Assembly: GCA_019923625.1 (NCBI GenBank)
Contig: JAHXGN010000002.1
Location: 1 to 41,433, forward strand
Source of the DNA: Candidatus Nealsonbacteria bacterium
Lineage (GTDB): Bacteria > Patescibacteriota > Minisyncoccia > Minisyncoccales > RBG-13-42-11
Direction: 5' to 3'
Length of the DNA stretch: 41,433 bases
Made by a program: the position numbers and the translations under genes. This document shows, piece after piece, positions 15,678 through 21,631 of the stretch. Numbering within the stretch: the stretch's first letter is position 1; each line of letters begins with the position of its first letter. The notes beneath the pieces are model-generated. The model was not told the origin of the DNA. It made no database searches and saw only the letters and a list, made by a program, of their open reading frames with translations.

Positions 15678-16154
15678 TTATTTTTTAATTATAAGTTTTC
15701 GGGTGTTTTTATCAATGAACTCGAAATTAATCCAAATTGTGTTTCTTGGTAAGACCTTTTTTATTTTTTCGGCCCATTCAATAGTAACAATGTTTTGAGG
15801 ATTAGAAATGATTTCTTTAAAACCTAAATCTAAAATTTCTTTTGGTTTTTCAATTCTATAACAATCTATATGATAAAAATTTTTGAATTCCGAATTTTGC
15901 CACAGCCCTTTAAGAAGGGCTGGGCGAATTTCGAATTTTCGCATAATAATGAAAGTTGGACTTAATATTTTTTCTTTTATCCTCAAGCCCCTGGCAAAAC
16001 CTTGAAGGAAAGTGGTTTTTCCTCCTCCTAAACTTCCTTCCAATCCAATAAGAAGGGCTGTTTTTTTTGGTTTTGTTTTTAAAATCTCTTCGGCTAAAAT
16101 TTTGCCTAATTTTTTTGTCTGGAACGGATTAACTGTTAAAAATTGAATCTCCAT
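15678..16154 (-). CDS. tsaE: tRNA t6A37 biosynthesis ATPase TsaE
   Basis: LIGLEGSLGGGKTTFLQGFARGL P-loop context and family-typical size. Confidence 0.85.
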   Translation of the reverse strand: MEIQFLTVNPFQTKKLGKILAEEILKTKPKKTALLIGLEGSLGGGKTTFLQGFARGLRIKEKILSPTFIIMRKFEIRPALLKGLWQNSEFKNFYHIDCYRIEKPKEILDLGFKEIISNPQNIVTIEWAEKIKKVLPRNTIWINFEFIDKNTRKLIIKK

Positions 16155-16196
16155 AAAAACCTATTAAAAAGTAAGAAAACCATTGAATTTATTCCG

Positions 16197-16225
16197 TTGA
16201 TAAATTGCTCTCTTTATGGTATCAT
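16197..16225 (+). promoter_or_regulatory. Putative extended -10 promoter of the pilB-like gene
   Basis: TTGATA (16197-16202), 17-nt spacer ending in TGg, then TATCAT (16220-16225). It leaves a leader of about 90 nt. Confidence 0.5.
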
Positions 16226-16316
16226 AATAATAATGGAGAGAAAAATAGGGCTAACTTTAAACCAGGGGCTAAATGTTGAGACCGGTCGCTCCATTTCCTC
16301 GCCCTTATAAAAAATT

Positions 16317-17642
16317 ATGGATGAAATTTCCCAAAAAATAACCGGCCAAGTAAAAATTTCAACAAAAAGACAACAAGAAATTCAGTCAAAAATAAAAAAT
16401 GTTTCCGATTTCAAAAAAGAAATTAAAGCATTTTTGGAAAAACCGATAACTGATTTGCTGGAAATTATTTTAACCGGAGCAACAATTTTGGGCGCCTCGG
16501 ATATTCATATAGAGCCCCAAGAAAAAGAGGTCAAAATCCGAGCCAGAATAGACGGAATTTTACAGGATATCGTTTTTTTTGATTATAAAATATATAATGG
16601 GCTTCTTTCCAGAATAAAACTTCTCTCAAAAATAAAATTGAATATCGCCAAACAACCCCAGGATGGAAGTTTCACTATTTTGTTTCCGACCGCTAACAAT
16701 TTTAAAGAAGAAATAGTTGAAATTAGGGTTTCTACCCTGCCGGCTGAATACGGAGAAGCAATAGTAATGAGGGTTTTGAATCCCAAAAGCTTAATTGAAA
16801 TTGAAGGATTAGGATTAAGAAAAGATTTATTGGAGATTTTTAAAAAAGAAACAAAACAACCGAATGGAATGATTATTGTTACCGGTCCGACCGGTTCGGG
16901 AAAAACAACCACCCTTTACTCCCTTTTAAAAAGAATTCATCAGCCGGAAATTAAAGTCATTACTATTGAAGACCCAATTGAATATCGCTTGGAAGGGATT
17001 TCTCAAACTCAAGTTAATCCAAGCCGGGGTTATAATTTTGCCAATGGTTTAAGGGCTATTGTTCGTCAGGACCCTGATGTTATTTTGGTCGGTGAAATCA
17101 GGGACTTGGAAACTGCTCAAATCGCTCTTCAATCCGCTCTGACCGGTCATCTGGTTCTAACTACTCTTCATACCAACGATGCCTCCGGGGTTATTACCCG
17201 GCTTCAGTCCTTGGGCGAAAAACCTGTTAATATTGCTCCGGCAATTAATATGGCTATAGCCCAAAGATTGGTCAGGAAAATATGTCAAAAGTGTCTTGAA
17301 TTTCAAACAATTTCTTCTTTATTTTTGGAAAAAATTAAAAAAGAATTAAACGGAATTTCTTCTTTGGTTCAAATTCCAAAATTAGACTCAAAATTAAAAA
17401 TTCCTCTGGTTAAGGGATGTAGTGATTGTAATTTTACCGGCTATCGGGGAAGAATTGGAATTTACGAGGCCTTTTTGGTTGATGAAGAAATAGAAAAATT
17501 TATTTTAACTTCCCCCTCAATTTCCGATTTAAAAGCGCTGGCAATCAAAAAGGGAATGGTTTTAATGAAACAAGATGGATTAATCAAGGTTTTGGAAGGA
17601 ATTACAACTATTGAAGAAATAGAAAGGGCAACCGGAGAATAA
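16317..17642 (+). CDS. GspE/PilB-family secretion/type IV pilus assembly ATPase
   Basis: Walker A GPTGSGKTTT, Asp box, Walker B ILVGEIRD, His box TGHLVLTTLHTND, tetracysteine CQKC...CSDC. Confidence 0.85.
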   Translation: MDEISQKITGQVKISTKRQQEIQSKIKNVSDFKKEIKAFLEKPITDLLEIILTGATILGASDIHIEPQEKEVKIRARIDGILQDIVFFDYKIYNGLLSRIKLLSKIKLNIAKQPQDGSFTILFPTANNFKEEIVEIRVSTLPAEYGEAIVMRVLNPKSLIEIEGLGLRKDLLEIFKKETKQPNGMIIVTGPTGSGKTTTLYSLLKRIHQPEIKVITIEDPIEYRLEGISQTQVNPSRGYNFANGLRAIVRQDPDVILVGEIRDLETAQIALQSALTGHLVLTTLHTNDASGVITRLQSLGEKPVNIAPAINMAIAQRLVRKICQKCLEFQTISSLFLEKIKKELNGISSLVQIPKLDSKLKIPLVKGCSDCNFTGYRGRIGIYEAFLVDEEIEKFILTSPSISDLKALAIKKGMVLMKQDGLIKVLEGITTIEEIERATGE

Positions 17643-17656
17643 GAAAACATTAAAAT

Positions 17657-18775
17657 ATGTCAATGACTGGTCTCTTTTTTATTATATTTTTATTTTTATC
17701 GGGTTTTTTCCCTGTTTTTGTTTATGGTCAAGAAATAAATCATCTGATAATCGTGGAAGTCCAAATTAGGGGAGAAAAGGCCAATAATGATTTTATTAAA
17801 ATTTATAATCTCGGTGGTAATAACCTTGATATTTCTGGTTATAGATTAAGGAAAAGAGTTTCCACGGGAAGCGAATCTTCAGTCCGAGTCTTTCCAAGCG
17901 GAAGTAAAATTTTAGCCAAAGGATGTTTTCTTTGGGCTAATTCTAAAGACGATTTCCGTCTTAGTGTCAAAGCCGATGTCTGGAGCACCCAAACTTTAGC
18001 CAGAAATAATAGTATTGCCCTGTTAAATCCGGAAAATAAAATTATTGACGCCTTGGCCTGGGGAGAAAGCCAAAATCCTTTTGTCAAAGGAGCGCCTTTT
18101 CCGGAAAATCCAACTGCCAACCAGCAGTTAAAAAGGAAAAGGTTCAACGGAAATTATCAAAACACAAATAACAATAGTCAAGATTTTTATTTATATCCCT
18201 CTCTTGAAACATCTTTATTGAAAACTGAAGCCATTATTAAAGAAGAACCCGGTCCAGAACTAAAACCCGAGCCAAAACCCCAAGAGCCGGCTAAGGAATT
18301 GTCAAGGGCTTTAGAGCAGGCCGCGCCCCTAACAATGGAAGCCAAAACACCCCCTCAATCTTCTGAAGTTAAAGAGGCCGACCCCTTTAAAATAGATATT
18401 AATACCGCCCTTTTGAAAGATCTGGTCAAAATTGTTCATATAGGAAAAGTAAGAGCAGAGGAGTTAATTTCTTTGAGGCCTTTTTACTCTTTGGACGACC
18501 TCACCAGAATAAAAGGTATTAGCCCAAAACGACTTGAAGATATTAAAAAACAAGGGCTGGCCTGGGTTGATCCGGAATTAGAACCACCGAAAATTGAAAA
18601 AACTGAACCCCTTGATAAGGGTTTGGCAGCAGTCGCCCAACCCCTCAAACAAGGACATTTAGGCAGGCAAATCCCAAAATCTCTTTCTATTTTTCTAATT
18701 GCCTTCGTTCTCGCCATTTTTTCTGGAATAATAATTTTAATCCTCAAAAGGAAATTGAAACTAATAATAAAATAA
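17657..18775 (+). CDS. Surface-anchored lamin-tail-domain plus ComEA-type helix-hairpin-helix DNA-binding protein
   Basis: Signal peptide; LTD-like LIIVEVQIRGEKANNDFIKIYN...SGYRL; Pro/Glu-rich linker; ComEA HhH IDINTALLKDLVKIVHIGKVRAEELISLRPFYSLDDLTRIKGISPKRLEDIK; C-terminal TM helix. Confidence 0.75.
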   Translation: MSMTGLFFIIFLFLSGFFPVFVYGQEINHLIIVEVQIRGEKANNDFIKIYNLGGNNLDISGYRLRKRVSTGSESSVRVFPSGSKILAKGCFLWANSKDDFRLSVKADVWSTQTLARNNSIALLNPENKIIDALAWGESQNPFVKGAPFPENPTANQQLKRKRFNGNYQNTNNNSQDFYLYPSLETSLLKTEAIIKEEPGPELKPEPKPQEPAKELSRALEQAAPLTMEAKTPPQSSEVKEADPFKIDINTALLKDLVKIVHIGKVRAEELISLRPFYSLDDLTRIKGISPKRLEDIKKQGLAWVDPELEPPKIEKTEPLDKGLAAVAQPLKQGHLGRQIPKSLSIFLIAFVLAIFSGIIILILKRKLKLIIK

Positions 18776-18818
18776 AAAATAGATTGTAAAAAATAGCAGT
18801 ATTGTGGATAAGTAAAAT

Positions 18819-18837
18819 ACACGGGTTTCACCCGTGC
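18819..18837. repeat. Palindrome CACGGGTTTCACCCGTG (copy 2 of 2)
   Basis: Identical 17-mer (18820-18836) to 3847-3863. It lies 44 nt downstream of the ComEA-like stop, with no T-run after it. Confidence 0.8.
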
Positions 18838-18955
18838 ATATTCACTCGCCTTTTGTAGTTTGTAACTAAGATAGTTTTGAATCAAAAATTTCTAACGGGG
18901 CAGTGGACTTTTTTGTTTCTTGATTTTCGGAAAAAAATAGAATAAAATAAAATGT

Positions 18956-19510
18956 ATGTCAGGCCATTCACACTTTAAAAGTATAAAAAGAGATAAGTCC
19001 ATCTCGGACAAAAAACGAGGACAAATGTTCTCGAAAATAGCCAGATTGATTTCGGTTGCCGCAAAAGAGGGAGGAACAAATCCGGAGACCAATTCTAAAT
19101 TAAGGGTTGTAATTGAAGAAGCCAAAAAGCTCAACCTCCCAAAAGAGAATATTGAACGAGCTATCAAACAAGCAGCCGGCGGTGGAGAAGAATCTAACCT
19201 TGAAAAGGTTTTATTTGAGGCCTATGGACCGGGAGGAATTGCCATTATTATTGAAGGAATTACCGATAACAAAAATCGAACCTTAGCAGAAATCAAACAA
19301 ATTTTAAATCAGAATAACGGAAAACTTGTTGGCGAAGGGGCGGTTAAATGGATGTTTGAGAGAAAAATAAAAGAACCGGGTTCTTTGGAGTGGGTGCCAA
19401 AACAAGAAATTGAGGTTGATGAAAAAGCAAAAGGGTCCTGCCAAAAACTTTTTGAGGCCCTTGACGAAAACGAAGCAGTTCAAGAAATTTATAGTAATCT
19501 AAAATTATAA
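18956..19510 (+). CDS. yebC: YebC/PmpR-family protein, short variant
   Basis: MSGHSHFKSIKRDKSISDKKRGQMFSK...NPxLRxxIEEAKxxNxPKENIERAIK...YGPGGIAIIIEGITDNKNRT. 184 aa versus about 240 for the family, so an internal part of the C-terminal domain seems absent. Confidence 0.85.
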   Translation: MSGHSHFKSIKRDKSISDKKRGQMFSKIARLISVAAKEGGTNPETNSKLRVVIEEAKKLNLPKENIERAIKQAAGGGEESNLEKVLFEAYGPGGIAIIIEGITDNKNRTLAEIKQILNQNNGKLVGEGAVKWMFERKIKEPGSLEWVPKQEIEVDEKAKGSCQKLFEALDENEAVQEIYSNLKL

Positions 19511-19511
19511 T

Positions 19512-19805
19512 ATGGCAAAAGAGATAGAAATAAGAAAAAAAGCGGTTCGGGAATTAACGGGCAAGGGTTGGATAATCTGGTATCCGGCTAAAGTTCGCTA
19601 TAAACAAAACGATATCTTCGGGATTATCGATTTATTGGCTCTGAGAAAGAAAAAAATGAGATATATTCAGTTAACCACCTTGCCAAATGTGGCTAGACAG
19701 AGGAAAAAGATTTTAAATTTTTTTAAAAATGAAAAGGTCAAGTTACCGGTGGAAATCTGGGTTTGGTCAAAAAAAAAGAAAAAATTTAAGACAGAAATAG
19801 TTTAG
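19512..19805 (+). CDS. Hypothetical small basic protein, possibly Hjc-like PD-(D/E)XK fold
   Basis: 97 aa, starting 2 nt after the yebC stop. ExxxxxAVRELTGKGW...DIFGIIDLLAL...YIQLTT loosely parallels Hjc (ERELxxLLxxxGF...VDLVA...IEVK), but with QLT in place of ExK. Confidence 0.3.
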   Translation: MAKEIEIRKKAVRELTGKGWIIWYPAKVRYKQNDIFGIIDLLALRKKKMRYIQLTTLPNVARQRKKILNFFKNEKVKLPVEIWVWSKKKKKFKTEIV

Positions 19806-19816
19806 GAGCTTGCCCC

Positions 19817-19844
19817 TTGACAAGATTTCTTGGCAAAATATAAT
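19817..19844 (+). promoter_or_regulatory. Consensus sigma70-type promoter
   Basis: TTGACA (19817-19822), 16 nt, TATAAT (19839-19844), immediately upstream of the hairpin element. Confidence 0.6.
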
Positions 19845-19853
19845 ACCCTTAGT

Positions 19854-19951
19854 CCCCGCCCTTTCTAAGGTTTCCAAATTTTAATTTTTAATTACAATCT
19901 AAAAATAATTCAGGAAACAGAATTATTTTGAAAGATTTAGAAAGGGCGGGG
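19854..19951 (+). ncRNA. Candidate small RNA / inverted-repeat element of about 100 nt, CCCCGCCCT family (copy 2)
   Basis: A 15-bp perfect stem CCCCGCCCTTTCTAA (19854-19868) / TTAGAAAGGGCGGGG (19937-19951) encloses 68 nt of AT-rich sequence with an inner GGTTTCC/GGAAAC pairing. It starts about 10 nt after the -10 box. Confidence 0.45.
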
Positions 19952-19978
19952 TTGTCAAATTTTACTACCGGGCAGGGC

Positions 19979-20006
19979 TTGACAGAACTTTTTGTCTCCC
20001 TATAAT
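19979..20006 (+). promoter_or_regulatory. Second consensus sigma70-type promoter
   Basis: TTGACA (19979-19984), 16 nt, TATAAT (20001-20006). Confidence 0.6.
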
Positions 20007-20126
20007 AAATCCACAGAACCCTCAAAAACACATCTTTGTTTTTACGGGAAAAGAAAAGGTCGACGATTGATTTAAAAATTTTATTTAAAAATATTATTAT
20101 TAAGAATTGAAGTTTTATTTAAAAAT

Positions 20127-20249
20127 ATGATTTATCAAGATGAAATCTTAAAATCTTTTATTAATCAGGTTGACGACGAAGAAGAAACAGATAAAGAGAA
20201 AGAAACTGCCGGAGAAGAGGAAGAGGAAGAAGAAGAGGAAGAGAAATAA
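20127..20249 (+). CDS. Hypothetical 40-aa highly acidic peptide
   Basis: Not in the ORF track. My translation is MIYQDEILKSFINQVDDEEETDKEKETAGEEEEEEEEEEK. It lies between the consensus promoter and the terminator. No clear Shine-Dalgarno, so it may be non-coding. Confidence 0.3.
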   Translation: MIYQDEILKSFINQVDDEEETDKEKETAGEEEEEEEEEEK

Positions 20250-20275
20250 GAAGAAAAGTAAAAATAACTAAAATT

Positions 20276-20299
20276 AAAAACCCTGTCATCAGGGTTTTT
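20276..20299. terminator. Bidirectional rho-independent terminator (small transcript / tyrS)
   Basis: AAAAA-CCCTG-tcat-CAGGG-TTTTT, 13 nt from the tyrS stop. Confidence 0.75.
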
Positions 20300-20311
20300 A
20301 ATTTATCCCTA

Positions 20312-21592
20312 CTAAAATTTTGAAATTTTAGCAAATTTTCTCTTTCCAATCTTAATTATCATTCCCTTTTTTATCTGAATAATTTTTTGCCAGTTATTTT
20401 CAATTTGACCGTCAATTTTCAGTCCTTTTTGCAATATTATTCTTTTGGCTTCTGATTTGGAATTGGTCAATTTTGTTTTAACCAATAAATCAAGAATTGA
20501 CAGGTTTTTTTCTTGAATTTTTGTTTCCGGGACTTTAAGGGGTAATTTTTTTTCTTTAAAAACCCTGTCAAATTCTTCTTCTGCTTTTTCGGCTGCTTTA
20601 AAAGAACAACAAACCCCGACAATTTCCCGCGCTAATCTGGCTTTAACGTCCCGAGGGTTGATTTTTTCTTTTTTAAGATGTTCTGAAACTTTCTTAATCT
20701 CCTCTGTTTTTAGATTAGTGCAAAGTTCAAAGCCGGGAATAATTAAGTTGTCGGGCCAGGCCATAATTTTGCCAAACATTTCTTTCGGGTTCTCGTCTAA
20801 ATTAATCGTATTCCCTTCGGTTTTCCCCATTTTTTTACCAAAAGGATCGGTTAATAATTTTGTCGCTAAAACGAATTTTTCTTTATTTTTTAAAGATTTC
20901 ATCAGGGAACGTCCACAAAGCATATTAAATGTCTGGTCTTTGCCACCAATTTCCAAGTCAACGTTCATGGCCAACCCATCATAGGCCTGGGCCAAGGGAT
21001 ATAAAAATTCGTGTAAAAATATCGGTTTTTTCTTTCTCATTCTTTCTCGGAACATATCCCTAATTATCATTTGCTGAACCGTAAAATTAGAAGCCAGTCC
21101 AATCAAATCTTTAAATGTTAGCTTGTTTAACCATTGACTGTTGTATAGTATTTTAGCCGGGTTAATCCCGGTAAATTTTAAAAATTTGCTTGCCTGTTTT
21201 TTGTAGTTTTTAGAATTGGCCAAAACTTCTTGCCTGTTCATTTTTTTTCGAGCGGCTGTTTTATTTGTGGGATCGCCAATCATTCCGGTAAAATCGCCGA
21301 TTAACATTATAACCTCATGTCCCAATGATTGGAATTGGGCTAACTTTTTTAAGGTAACCATATGGCCGATATGTAAAACAGGGGAGGAAGGGTCGTAGCC
21401 GCAATATAATTTGATTTTTTCGCCACTTAATAGTCTTTTTTCCAATGATTGAAAATCGGGGTAAATTTTTTCCACTCCTCGGGTTAAAACCTCTTTGATT
21501 TTTTGGGAGTGGCTATTTACCCTGTTAGAAAATCCCCTTCTTTGAAGGGTTGGGCTTAAACCTTTACTTTTTCTAACGGGGTTTACTTTCAT
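20312..21592 (-). CDS. tyrS: Tyrosine--tRNA ligase with C-terminal S4 domain
   Basis: YCGYDPSSPVLHIGH (HIGH), KMGKT (KMSKS variant), S4-like SKSEAKRIILQKGLKIDG. The first 28 or so codons are an extension encoded by an inverted-repeat element. Confidence 0.9.
   Translation of the reverse strand: MKVNPVRKSKGLSPTLQRRGFSNRVNSHSQKIKEVLTRGVEKIYPDFQSLEKRLLSGEKIKLYCGYDPSSPVLHIGHMVTLKKLAQFQSLGHEVIMLIGDFTGMIGDPTNKTAARKKMNRQEVLANSKNYKKQASKFLKFTGINPAKILYNSQWLNKLTFKDLIGLASNFTVQQMIIRDMFRERMRKKKPIFLHEFLYPLAQAYDGLAMNVDLEIGGKDQTFNMLCGRSLMKSLKNKEKFVLATKLLTDPFGKKMGKTEGNTINLDENPKEMFGKIMAWPDNLIIPGFELCTNLKTEEIKKVSEHLKKEKINPRDVKARLAREIVGVCCSFKAAEKAEEEFDRVFKEKKLPLKVPETKIQEKNLSILDLLVKTKLTNSKSEAKRIILQKGLKIDGQIENNWQKIIQIKKGMIIKIGKRKFAKISKF
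21519..21584. repeat. Short inverted-repeat element, CCCCGTTAGAA family, inside the tyrS 5' end
   Basis: Arms CCCTGTTAGAAAA (21520-21532) and TTTTCTAACGGGG (21569-21581), with one mismatch. Inner hairpin CCCTTC-ttt-GAAGGG. Confidence 0.6.
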
Positions 21593-21631
21593 GTTTTTTT
21601 AGTGTAAAATAAATTTAAAAAATTGTAAACC

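Noticed and set aside
16226-16316. c-di-GMP or other riboswitch in the pilB-like leader
   Set aside because: A long-range AAATGGAG/CTCCATTT stem and duplicated GGGCTAA motifs exist. But I could not match GEMM-I/II conserved nucleotides, and a 25-codon ORF (MERKIGLTLNQGLNVETGRSISSPL) is an equally weak alternative.
18803-18811. Perfect DnaA boxes TGTGGATAA at 18803-18811 and 38067-38075 as evidence of a second origin or DnaA regulon
   Set aside because: These are two isolated 9-mers in 41 kb of AT-rich DNA read on both strands, which is near chance expectation. They are not clustered and not next to an AT-rich unwinding element. The 38050-38075 pair may instead be a local operator palindrome.
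20161-20349. 62-aa minus-strand ORF
   Set aside because: It is the mirror image of the GAA-rich tract (Leu/Pro/Phe-rich), spans the terminator hairpin and overlaps the tyrS 3' end.
21519-21631. T-box leader upstream of tyrS
   Set aside because: The space before the ATG is only about 40 nt and the element is about 65 nt. There is no AGAGA/GNUGGNA-type T-box sequence and no specifier/antiterminator architecture.
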